Positions 1 through 11,757 of a stretch of DNA of 64,000 nt are shown here, one piece after another (within the stretch, counting starts at the first letter, position 1; each line of letters starts with the position of its first letter). The notes beneath the pieces are model-generated. The model had not been told where the DNA came from and did no database searches. It worked only from the letters and a program-made list of their open reading frames with translations. Origin of the DNA: Cycas panzhihuaensis. Lineage: Eukaryota; Plantae; Cycadophyta. The position numbers and the translations under genes were made by a program. The stretch covers positions 164,183,741-164,247,740 of the forward strand of contig CM041465.1 in NCBI GenBank assembly GCA_023213395.1, written 5' to 3'.

Positions 1-185
1 GGTAGCTTGCGGGCCTCTCAACCATATTATAAAGTGTACTTGGATCCTTCCAGAAGTTTTATTTTCACAGGGTGGAGAGCTCGGGCTTTGCATGATCTCG
101 GGTTGGAATCTCCTCGGAGTACAAGTGGAAATGGTATGCATTGTTCTTGCATGGAGTTCTTTGCTACATTCTTGAATTTTTCTAA

Positions 186-1492
186 ATGGAATCAGATCAT
201 ATCTCTCAATATCAGAACCAAACCCCTATCCCACTGGTTGGTAAATCTTTCCGAGATGCTTTGAAAACAAACGAAGAGGAAACCTTTGACTTAACCCGTG
301 ATTGAGGATAACAAAGCCGGTCAAGATTCCCTTGCCTGGTGGAAAAAAGCGAAAAATTATGGGAGAACGCACTGGTGGGTAGATTCTCAGGCCCCAGACC
401 AGGGTTGGAAGCCATTAGATCATGGACCAAGACGAAATGGAAAACTGGGAGTTGTGTGGAAGTTATTGCCATGCCCAAGGGTCATGTGCTTTTAAATTTG
501 CTTCATTCGAGGACATGCCAAGCATTTTACTCAAGGCTCCTTGGATGTTTGGACGTAAGGCCCTCTCTGAGAAGTGGCATAGGGTTTTGATCCTCGAGTC
601 CTAAAATCCATGAGCCCCCATCTGGATCCAACTCCCGGGTCTTCCTCTTCACCACTGGAACCCGGAGATCTTTAGAGGCATAGCGAAGTTGGTGGGCCCT
701 TTACTAGCAGTAGACTCCGCTACGAAGAATAGGAGCAGCTCATTAACGCCAGAATTTGTGCCCTGGCTAGTCTAGACAAACCGCTACTGGATGACATTTG
801 GATGGACCTGCTAGATGAGAGCTGGACACAACCGTTGATTCTGAGTTGGACCACTTGGATGCTCAACATGTAGGGTTAGGGACACACCCCAAAAGTGCCG
901 GGTGTGCGGGGCCTCGAAGGTGGTGAAGGAGGACACTTTGCATCTAGCCCCCCTGGATTTGAGGAGGGTGTTGTACACACTGACTTCTCTGGAAACTCCT
1001 GTTGCCCCTCCCGATTTTAGATTTTAACCAGACGAAGAGGATCGTTGCTTGAGGATGATCTTCTGCGCCTCGGTGGCGGTTGTGGAGGGAGCAGGGGTCT
1101 TTCCGTCTAGAGGAAGGTTCCCAGGCATGCTCAGCTTTGGGACCATTAAGGGAAAGGGTAGAGGAGAAGGGTGGGTCGAGGCCGAGGGATCCGAGGATTG
1201 GACAGTTTGGAGGTGCCTTGCAGGCGGGCGGCCCGATGCTTTATGCCACCGGCTTTGAAGAAACCCGATGTGGGGACGAGAGAGGAAGGTTGGCAGACCT
1301 CCCTCTAGGTTGCTAAGAGAAAAAGATTCGGCTGCCCAGGTAGACCTAGGCACCCAGAAAACTCTTAAGGAAGCTTTCCTTGAAGGACCTGTTCTCAGAT
1401 CCAGTACAGTTGGCAGAGATCCCCCAAAAGGGGATACTGCAGAGGTTTGGAAAGCAGACAGAAGCGATGAAAATCTTGACATGGAATATTAG
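186..1492 (+). pseudogene. LINE ORF1 (DUF4283-type), frameshifted
   Basis: MESDH...GKSFRDALK, LWENALVGRFSGPRP...PWMFGRK, PIWIQLPGLPLHHWNPEIFRGIAKLVG, spread over several frames; stop TAG 1490-1492. Confidence 0.88.
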
Positions 1493-4400
1493 GGGATTGA
1501 ATGCCCCCTCGAAGCAAAGAATCATTAAAGATATGAGAATCAGACACCAGTTGGATCTGGTTTTTTTGCAAGAAACTAAGTTAGGCAAGGAAAATGGACC
1601 GAAGATCCGTAGCAAAATATGGAAAGCGGAGGGGATCGAGAGGGACTATAGCCAAGGGGTCGGGGGCCTAATGGTGCTCTGGAATCCCTCGATATGGTCG
1701 GGAGAAATTTTTTTGGTCGAGGACTCGTTCATTTCAGTTCGGTTAACGAACAAAAGCAACAACATGTCTTGGATTGCCACAAATGTCTATGCCCGACTCT
1801 CCGCATGACCCGGGAAGAGGCTGGGAGAAATTGATCGAGGTTCATAAAGACTGCAAGCTCCCGTGGTTGTTCGCAGGGGACTTCAACTCGGCCCTATCCC
1901 CTGGCGACAAGAGAGGAGGTGTGGGGGGATGGACTACTGGTATGGAGGAGTTTGGTGACTTCCTTCTTCAAGGGGGACTGGAAGATGTCAGCCTCAGAGG
2001 GGCATCCTTCACTGGTCAATAAGAGGCCGGGAGTAGCCTAATTCAAATTAAAGCGGATAGGGTCTTTGGTCAACTATGATTTGGATCTTGTTGTTTCTGA
2101 CTATGCCTTAGAGGCTTTCTGAGGATCATTTCGGATCACTCGCCTCTCCTCATGAATTTTTTACCGCAAAGTTGTTGGGGCCCCTTGATTTGAACTAATG
2201 TGGCTTCGCCATCACGATCCGAGAGGGAAAATAGAGGATTGGTGGAGTATTGACATAAAGGGTCATGCCATGTATAGATTTACTAAGAAGTCGGATGGGT
2301 TAAAAACAAATCAAGGCACAGAACAAGGAAGTTTTCATAGTTTAAGCGACCAAAAGGACAAAATTAGCCGGAGTGAAGGCATAGAGGACCAAATCGAGTG
2401 GGGGGCGGATCGGAGGAGTTTGATAAAGCGAGAAGGAGCTCACAGAGACTATGGAAGAAATCCTACAAAGAGAAGAGATTCACCGGAGACAAAATCTAGG
2501 GCCCTTTGGTGGTAGAGGGATAGGAATACCTGATTTTTTCATATGACCGCTGGTCAAGCAGGCGAGCAATGTAATCAAGTCTCTTCAAAGGAAGATGGCT
2601 TGGTTGCCAGCTCGGACGAGGACATGAAGGAGATGGCATGTGATTACTTCAAGGATTTATTTCTTGAACGCCAAAGTGAGCGAGGAAAGGAGGAAGGACT
2701 TTCTAGATAATATTCCACGTTTGGTGAACGAAGATCAGAATGCTCAGCTCACCGCTCCCTTCTCTCAAGAGGAGGTCAAGATGGCTCTCTTCGGGATGAA
2801 AAAAGATAAAGCGCCTGGTCCCGATGGTTTCCCGCTGGGATTCTTTCAAGAATTCTGGGATATTATCAAGGGAGATCTCATGGATGCGATCAAGGAGTTT
2901 GAAGTAAACAGAAAGATTACTGCGAGAATGGCGCACCACTTTTCTTGTCCTTATTCCCAAAAAGAAGGGGCTAACGGGATGGAGGACTTCCCTATCAGCC
3001 TCTGCAATGTGAAATATAAAATCATAACGAAGGTCCTGGTGAATAGAATGAAGAAAGTTATGCCAAACATTATTTCTCAGAATCAAGATGGCTTCCTTCG
3101 GGGAAGGCAGATTTACGATGGCTATATAGTTGTCCATGAAACTCTCCATTCGGCCTCCGAGAGGAAGGATCCAGTGATGCTTGTCAAAATTGACCTATCG
3201 AAAGCCTTCGACAGGGTCTCCTGGAGCTGCCTTCTTGATTGCCTTGGGGCCTTTGGTTTTAGGGAGACCTGGCGGTCCTGGATAAAATTATGCATTGGAA
3301 ACCCGCAATTTTCGGTTATCATAAATGGCTCTTCCTCAAAATTTTTTCCGGGATTTAGGGGATTGAGGCAGGGTGACCCTCTTTCTCCCTTTTTGTTCAT
3401 CGCGATGGCTGAGCTCCTAGTAGAACATTGGAGGTGCCCGGAAGGAGGGAGTCATAAAGGCATAAAGCAGGCATCTGGATTGGATTCGGTGGCCCATCAT
3501 CAATTTGTGGACGATAACATATTCCTAGGGAAGGCTGCTCTGGGCGAAGCCTCCAATCTCAAAGAGATCTTAGTCCACTTTGAGGAAGCTACGAACCAAA
3601 AGATAAACTTGAATAAGAGCAATGTATTCTTCCTAAATACCCCGGGTCAAGCTCAAGGGAGGATAAGCAGAATCTTAGGGATGAGTATTAAAAAACTTCC
3701 TTCAACTTACAGGATTAGCTCTTTGTTGGGAGAATGACTAAGGACATGTGGAATCCCTCATCGATGGGATGCAGAAGAAGTGGCGGTGGAAAGGCGCCCT
3801 TCTTAGTCTCATGCAGGAAACTCCATTAGTCGCCTCGTGACTGCAGAGTATACTGTTTTTGGATGTCCTTATTAGAATCCGGGCATTTCAAATATAATTG
3901 AATCTATCCGAAAAGATTTCTTTGGTGCGGAATGGAGAACAAGGACGAAATTCACTTGGTTAGGCTGGAATAAGGTGCACTTGCCGAAATGGGTGGTGGG
4001 CTTAACACGAGAAGGATTCCTCCTTTTAACACCGCTCTTGGGGCTAAAAGGGGTGTGGTTACTAAAGGGGTGAGAGACCACAGGAGAGGATTCTTATCGA
4101 GAAAATATATCCAAGGGGCTCCCTTATTGAAATAGATGCCTCGGGTTGGTTCCATTGTTTGGAGAAGCATTACGAATGCTTGGAAAATCATTAGTAAAGG
4201 GTTGAAATGGAGACTTGGAGATGGAGCCTCCATAAGATTACGGGAGGATGTTTGGTCTTTGGGACAATGCTCTCAAGGATGACCCCAGGCTGGTTCCCAT
4301 TATGGAGCCACAGTGGGATTTATGGCACTCAGGACAAGGATTACTGGACCGGGAGTGGGAAAAACAAGCGTTGGAAGTCTCTGGAGGAAATCCATGGGGA

Positions 4401-5574
4401 AAAGGCGCAAGATGGTCTAAATAAGGTAAAAACATCCTACGTAAAAACTATATTCCCAGGACGACTTCGTCGGACATGGTGGTGTGGCCTTTAGGCCGTC
4501 GAGGATTATGCTGTAAAGGAAGGTTATCATTTCCTTTGCTTAAAAAGAGGCGATCAGAGGGATCCAACCCTTGAAGGGGTTTGGAAACTCCTATTATTCA
4601 AAGATAGTAATTTTACGGTGGACTGTATCAAGAACAAAATCCTCACTTTGGATAACTTGAAGAAGAGAGGCATTGAGTGGCAACAGATGCATCCTTTGTT
4701 GTTCGAGGAAGAATCTAGGGACCATATCTTTATTGGTGTGCATACACGAGAGAGGTCTGGAGGTTGGTTCTTAGGAAACTTGAGGTTTCTTTGGGTCTTT
4801 TCAAAGGGATTTTTGAATTATGGACTACCTGGCTTAGTCCCTTGAGCGAGAATCTGAGTGCATGCGGAAAGTGGCGCTCCCGATTGTGGCTTGGAACATA
4901 TGGAAAGAAAGAAATTGGCACATCTTCCAGGACTCTCAGTTGGATCAGATGGCCATTTTTAACAGAATTTCTTCGGACATAAGGAAGCGTTAGCGGGGTG
5001 AAGGAAAAGCAGTTCGGATTCGGAAGCGAGGATTCTTAGTAATTGGGGGATTTCCCCTGTTTTTGATTCCGTGAGGACTAGGAACTGTAGCTGGCAGCCT
5101 CCGGACGAGACATGGATCAAAGTTAATTTTGATGGGGCTGCCAAAGGGAATCACAGGGCGGTGAGAGGTATATGCAGGGATAGCTCTGGTTCCCCCAGAT
5201 GGGCATTCGCGGAATACTATGATTGTCAGACAAACCACTTTGCAGAAATGCATGCTATGCTCAAGGCGCTCAACCTAGCTATTGATGAGAACCTTCAGCG
5301 CCTGGTTCTCGAAGGGGACTCCGAGGTGGTTATCAAGACATTAAGAGGGGAGGCTCTCCCGGATTGGAGATTCCAGGCCCTTTTCAATGATGCCAAAGAG
5401 CTCATGAAGGGTCCAGTGAAATCAGATATCTGACATACCTTCAGAGAAGGAAACAAACCAGCGGATTTCCTGGCAAACTGGGGTGTAAGGCATCGAGAAG
5501 GTCGAGTTTGGAAGAATGATTTTCCTAGGGATCTTATGGTCCTGATAGATGAGGATATGATTTGTAACAGCTAG
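1467..5574 (+). pseudogene. LINE ORF2: AP endonuclease, reverse transcriptase, zinc-binding region, C-terminal RNase H; frameshifted
   Basis: MKILTWNIRGLN, FLQETK, WLFAGDFN, SDHSP; KAPGPDGF, KIDLSKAFDRVSW, GLRQGDPLSPFLF, QFVDD; WQPP..WIKVNFDGAAKGN, AEMHA, EGDS, HTFREGNKPADFLAN. Confidence 0.95.
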
Positions 5575-5724
5575 CCGTGGGGCTTGTCGTGATTGTATTC
5601 TGGCCTGGGCAGTGGGGATGTCACGGTCAAATATCTCATGGTAGCTCACGGCTCCCCGATGTACTAGGTTGTGGGATCCTGCTCAAACCCACTTTAATTC
5701 ATTTTTATCTTATCAAAAAAAAAA

Positions 5725-8401
5725 GTTCTTCTTGAGAAATTCAAGAACTTTTTGAGTTGTATCATGTTACTCTTTGTCAATTAAGTTATACAAGGAGTGA
5801 TCAATAATTGACAAAATTCCTACATGAATATTTTCATCATCTATCTTCCATTGTAGTTTGGCTATAGCATTTGTAGGAGCTGTTGGAATGGTTCCACTGA
5901 AAGTAGATGTTGTAGCTGTTGTAGGTATGATGGGTGTAGGCTACAAGTGGGCTCTCTAAAGGCCTTCATACTTTGTAGTATTTTTAACTCCACTATACCA
6001 CAAATCCTAATTTTGTTTGTCTTTCAATATGCAGTTGACATTATACTTAAATTGAGATGACATGGTAATGATGAAGAAGTAGAAGATATGATAGAAGTAT
6101 GTGCTATTAACACATGTTGCTAGTACACCTAGCATAGTAGGGATAAATATGATTAAGTTATAAGTAATAATAATAGGCCACCAACACTTATGGCAAATAC
6201 TCCTGACATAACAAGGTTTGATGATGTGTACTAATGGCAATATAAATATTATAAGGATAAATGATGTGTCATGTAATTATCAAATCAAGATTATATACAT
6301 GTAGAAGTCAGCAAGTGGATATACACAACTGAAAAACTAAGTCTAATGTAGGATGTGTGATCAAACCTAAACCTCTATATAAAGTCTAAAGTAGTTGAGG
6401 TGTCGATGCCTAAGGGGGCTTTTAGTATACGTATTAGGACCTTCACCTTCAATACCCATACTTATGCTTGGTGATGAAATCCAAGTCACAGTAGAGCCTA
6501 GCTACTCCTAGTCCTTACCTAGCTTACCGGTGAGCAGCTCTGTACCTCCTCCAAAATGTCAAACAGTACGTGCATATCCCATGACTGTGATAGATATTGG
6601 ACTAGGTAAATTTTAATTTTGATTAAAGTTTCAGTTTTCCTAGGTGGTTATTTGGATTATCCCTAATTAGAGGTCGTAGGTGTGGCTAAGCTGTCCCTTC
6701 ACCACTATTCTAGTTAAGACCAGACTTAGTATAAAACTTATACCTCCCTTAAGGCTTAGACTTTGGCCAATCGTGGTATATTTAAACCAAGGTGAGTGTG
6801 CGCATAGTGGTATAAATCGTACATATAATATCCCTTTTAGGAAATAATACAAATTATTTTCAAAAAATTAAAAATTAAAATGGAAATATGCCAAATGTGC
6901 TTGGTTGCCTTTTGTGATTGCTTTGTTATTGTTACTGCTTTATATGTTGCTTTATGCTATGTGTTGAAATAGAAAGAGCATGCTAGATTTACTAGGGGAA
7001 CAAGATGTTGCTTCTGATCTAAGGTTTCCCTTACTTTAGTATAATGTATTTAAATATATTTTTAAAAATTTTAATATAAAAACCATAAAAGACAAAAAAA
7101 TAGATCAACTTACCACTAATGCAGATTTTTTTAAATGTAGATGCATGCTATTTTGCCCTATTTTATGATTTTTTTCCACAAAATTTATAAATAATAAATA
7201 GGTAAAAGTTTTAAAAAATTATAAATATAGAGATCTACACAATAAAATTTAAACTTATGGTAGAAGAAAAAAGTATTTAGAATGTAGCTTCTCATAGGAT
7301 GATGAAGTCAGATTTATGAAAAGGAATAAAAAGTTTTGCTCAAAAAAACACAAAAGCATAATCTTGCTAGATTCACTGCCTCAGAATCCAAACTTCAATA
7401 TGTCAAAAACTTCATCTTGACATGTACATTAACTTTTCCTTCTACATCATCTCTAAAATCAACCAAAAAACTGCTCGAAATACCCTCACAACATCTTTTG
7501 TAGAGTTGAGTAGGCAAATTTAGTATCTATGAGAAAACTACAAAGATCTCATTAATCGGTAGATGATATTTGATGATATTTATCTTACAATTCTCTTAAG
7601 ACATAAATCTACTAGATCCCTCAAAAAATTTTTTAGATTTTTAGCTCATATTTAAAGGATTTTATTGAGAAAAGTGCCATAAGTCACTTATCCATAAAAT
7701 TTGACCTTTTATTTTAGCCAAAAATAGCTATTGTAGGCTAAATTTAAAGCTGCTCTAGAAGAAAAAATGATCCTCTTATCAATATGTCCCTACATATCAA
7801 ATTTCATCAAAATTTAAGATGGTCATATTTTTCATAAAATTTTAGGCCCTCAATACTTCTCGGACTGTTCCAATAACCAAACGGCTTTAAAAAACTATCT
7901 TTTTTACCTCTAAAGTTTTACATACATAGAGAAAATATTAATATATAAAATAATATAATTTTAAGTTCTTAAAATTTTGAAAATAATGAGTACACTCTCA
8001 ATACTTCATATTAAAGGTGAATGAGAGGTAAAATGACTCTATGCAAGTAGAATGAAGTGAATAGATCCCCTTCTAACTTTGATACCACATAAAGGAAAGA
8101 CATATATAGGGAATAAATTACTCATATATACACAATAGTAGTGGAGAATGAAAAAGAGATAAAACAATATATGAGAGTAAAGCTTGCAGGTGAGAATAAA
8201 TAATGACTCCCTCCTTGAGATTTCAACTTTTATTATTGAGGGTGAGCATTAGGATTAGGATTTTCCTACCTAATGACATGAACCTGAAATTATATCTAAA
8301 TGCACATAAAGTGCATTTCACTAAGAGACTAATGCTAATAATATATCCTAAGGTTACTTAATTAATCTACATAAATGGCCTTGATACATTGACCTCTTTC
8401 A
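5725..8401 (-). mobile_element. Ty1/copia 5' portion (LTR, PBS, ~2 kb leader, gag start), cut by the LINE
   Basis: Minus-strand LTR 8401..8090 starting TGAAAGAGG; PBS tggtatcaaag (8077-8087); gag-like MSSQFKYNVNCILKDKQN*DLWYSGVK...LQWKIDDENIHVGILSIIDHSL from 6063 down to 5725. Confidence 0.75.
8090..8401 (-). repeat. 5' LTR of the minus-strand copia (~312 bp)
   Basis: TG start on the minus strand, adjacent tRNA-Met-type PBS; gypsy LTR homology resumes right after 8401. Confidence 0.7.
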
Positions 8402-11400
8402 GTGAGATAGAAGTTATTCCATACTCTAAAAGATATTAGAATACACCATCTTGTTATTTCTTGGTAGGTAGTTTACTCATCTTAATCATGTTGCAAGGTG
8501 TTTATATTTCATGCTAATAATTTACTTTGATGTAATATATTCATTTTATGTGACTTGTGTTAATACAGAAGTTAACCATATTACTTCCAAAAAATAAAAG
8601 AGAGTGGATGATTTGAATGGAGGAAAACCAGAGGCGTAGGACTAGTTATAAGGGTAAAAGACATATATTGAGTTTTACAAACTCTTTTGAGATAATAGAG
8701 TTTGATTAACAGATATAATTTATAAAGGGGAGATTCTATCAAGTAAAAGAAGAGGCTTCTAGACTTGTAATAACTGGTGTATCACTAGAAATAGACATTA
8801 AATAAGATATGCAAGTCTAAAGTTGTAGAGATGATTGACAAGTAGCTTATTAGAGGGTAAATTCAAACTTGAAGGCCTTGTTCTATAGAAGTGATCTATT
8901 TTATTCTCTAGAATTAGATTTTAAGTTTTATTCCAAATTAAATATGGCATCAAGAGCTTTTGGATGAGTGGTAGAGGTCCCAAAATAGATATCATATGAG
9001 AAAGTTATGGTAGTTCAAAATTATAGGGTTTAAATTTTACTATTTGTAGAAATAAAATAACTCACTAAGTTAGTAAGTTTGAATGAGTAAATTATTATAT
9101 TAATTTACCTTTTAACTTTGTAGAACTATTCTACAATAAAGAGAATATTGAGAGCTTTCCATCGAGTAGTGGAACTCCCAAATTAGACACCATGTGAGAA
9201 AGTTATAGCCCTTTAAATTTGGGTTTCTAAAGTAGATTTTTATAAAAGTCTTGTAGTTTTGCTATAAATGCGAGAAGAGTTCATATAAGAAAGGCCCATG
9301 CAGAAGAAGACCATGTAGGAAAGGTCCATGTAAGAAAATCACATGTAAGTAAAGTCCATACAGGAGAAGCCCATGTAGGAAAGGTCCATACAAGAGAAGC
9401 CCAAGTGAGAAAGGTCTATACGAGAGAAGCACATACGGGAAAGGTCCATATAAGAGAAGCCCATGTGGAGAAAACCCATGCAAGAGAGGTTTACAAGGAA
9501 GAGTTCCTATAAGAAAAGGCCCTACATAAAAGAGTCTTGCATATAAGGGTTTGTAAGGAAAAATTCCACAAGAAGGAGTTCATGTAGGAGAAGAGTTTGT
9601 GGGAAGAAATTGTATGGGAAAAGATCTCACAAAAAAGTGAAAATGTGGGACAAAACTTTCAAAATATGTACTTTATAAAAAATGCCATAACTCTCTTAAT
9701 ACTTAGTTGTTTTTTATGCTCTACCTATCAATTCAAAGCTCTTTGAAAGGGATATCTATTTGTGCAAAAATAAAATTTCTCAATAAATATTTGAGATGAT
9801 ATTTTTAGATTTTATGATTAAACTTTAATAAGTGAAAATCACTCTTGGACAACCTTATGCTAATTCATTTAAAGTTAGAATTAGATGATTCTGATTATGT
9901 TGGAATCTACATTCAAAGAAGTTCATCCCCGTATGGTTAAATTTAATTATACATACCTGAAAAGTATTTCCGTTATCTTAAAACTTAAAAAAGAAAATGG
10001 AGTAGAAGTATGAAAAGCTATTGATAGACTCCCACAGTTTTCTTCATAAAATTTCCATCTATTAATGGAAATTTATCAATTTAGTCTTGTTGGAATCATA
10101 ATAAATTATCTTGAAACCTAGGTAAATGAAAGTTATTAAAGGGATCTCTATATTATAATATTCTAGGAAAAAGTAGTAATAGGTAGTTCATAATTAAGAC
10201 TCAAAACTATTCTTGGCGACCACTAAGTGTAATATTCTAGCCACTAAGTCCCACAACTTCCACCTAATATTAATGATAGTTAGGAAGAGAATAGAATGTA
10301 AGAAAAGGGAAAACCCAAAGAGAGAGAAAATATAGAGACAAAGATGAACAAAACTAATAAGAATGTAGATAAAGAGTTATAGAGAGGGGGATACTTAAAA
10401 CAAATGTATTATAGAGGGCATTCTCGATGCATTTGTATAAGAATATTGATAGATAATAGACTAATTATTAGAGTAGAAACTTATTTTAGCTTATGTTTTA
10501 GGTTGCACACTATTGATAAGCTATCTCAATTTTGTAGAAAAGCATGTTTAATGTATTTCAGAGCCTTATGTTATTGAGTTAGTTACTCTCTTATACCTTA
10601 TCATTAATTGGTATTCTACAAGGTAGTTGAGTGGTTACTCCTACTTGCTAGTATCTTGAGGTTAAGTTAGTTGAGTAGTTGCTCCTCCTTGATATTTAGT
10701 TGAGTAGGGATTTTGAGTTAGTTGCTCTCCCTGAGCTCTTTATATATATGGTGTTGAGTTTGTTGCTCCCCTTGAACTTAGCTATACTTTATAAGTTTAT
10801 GGTAGGTGCATGGCATAATAAGGTAGTTCTTTGATATTAGATTTATAGGGATCCCTAAGTGACTTGACATTGTTGATCTACTTGGAAGAACAAGCATGGA
10901 TCAAGAGGAAACAATTATTATTATATGAGACTAATGATTCTTTAATCAAAGGTATTATTACATGCTCTAGCAGTAGCTTTGAGACAACTTCTTATATTAC
11001 AAAGGTTTATATATAAGGCCTTGAGGTATCTATTGATAAGGCAACTTGGAAAGGGTTGTGTGAAGAATGAACAACTAGTTTTCCTATAGTCATATTATTT
11101 GATCTAACTTAATGGCACTTTCTTATATAGGTTTATGGATAGTTAGGGGGTGAATCTTTTGGTTGTAATTTGGTTGGCTAACTTTATTTCTCATATCTTA
11201 TAAGTGTACCATTCTTATGATGAGTTATATATGGTATGAAATGTTGTATTCTTGAATAAATATTTAACTATGACTTATAGTAAATTCCTACATGAATACT
11301 TTCTTATTGTTACTTATAATTCTCATAGGATTATGGTTTGTAGTGGAAGAGATCATATACATAAGTGTTAAGCACCTATCTAATTTAGGTGTACTTACAT

Positions 11401-11562
11401 CCTTAGGTGTTTATTCCACTATGTATTAATTTCACAAAAGCCTTCATAAATTTAAGATCGGTATATAATTTGGTGCTAGAATTGTTAAAAATTCTTAGTG
11501 GATTACTATTGTGTCTTTGTCACACTATATGTAAGCTTATCAAGGTTAGTTAGGTTGTTATA
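8402..11562 (+). repeat. Gypsy 5' LTR (5'-truncated)
   Basis: Colinear with 16648-19761 (tgagatagaagtt...gttgtta(c/t)a); followed by PBS. Confidence 0.9.
9285..9625 (+). repeat. Degenerate ~17-18 bp minisatellite in the gypsy 5' LTR
   Basis: Repeated (g)aa(a)gg(t/c)ccat(g/a)(t/c)a(a/g)ga units; also present in the 3' LTR. Confidence 0.85.
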
Positions 11563-11757
11563 GTTGGTATTGGAGCCTAAGTTCAAAGTTACCAAATATC
11601 ATGCTTGACATAAGATACTTGAAGCTAATAAGTGTTGAAAAGTTGTAACATTGCCTAAATATTATCAAATTTTCTAAAATAAAGTTTAGTAGAACACTAA
11701 ATTAATACACAAATGCAATAAAAATAGATAATGGGCAAGTTCAAATATTTCTCTAGG

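Larger units (their letters stand above)
1..5724 (+). mobile_element. L1-clade LINE (young, GC-rich) with ORF1, APE-RT-RNase H ORF2 and poly(A) tail; 5' end probably outside the window
   Basis: ORF1 and ORF2 motifs in the canonical order; A10 tail at 5715-5724; abrupt drop in GC and CpG content after the tail. Confidence 0.96.

Noticed and set aside
130-175. gttctt matches as the 5' TSD of the young LINE
   Set aside because: Only 6-7 bp match to the sequence after the poly(A), occurring more than once; the true 5' end is probably outside the window.
1024-3400. Antisense ORFs over the LINE (1024-1482, 2703-3149, 3122-3400)
   Set aside because: Shadow ORFs expected on the opposite strand of GC-rich coding DNA; no recognisable motifs.
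9262-9483. ORF with HGPFL/HGLLL repeats, and the Lys-rich ORF 17630-17815
   Set aside because: Translations of the 18-bp LTR minisatellite; frames are not conserved between the two LTRs.
9285-9625. Possible CRISPR-like array (also 40734-40942)
   Set aside because: Units are adjacent and degenerate with no unique spacers or cas genes; eukaryotic retroelement context.
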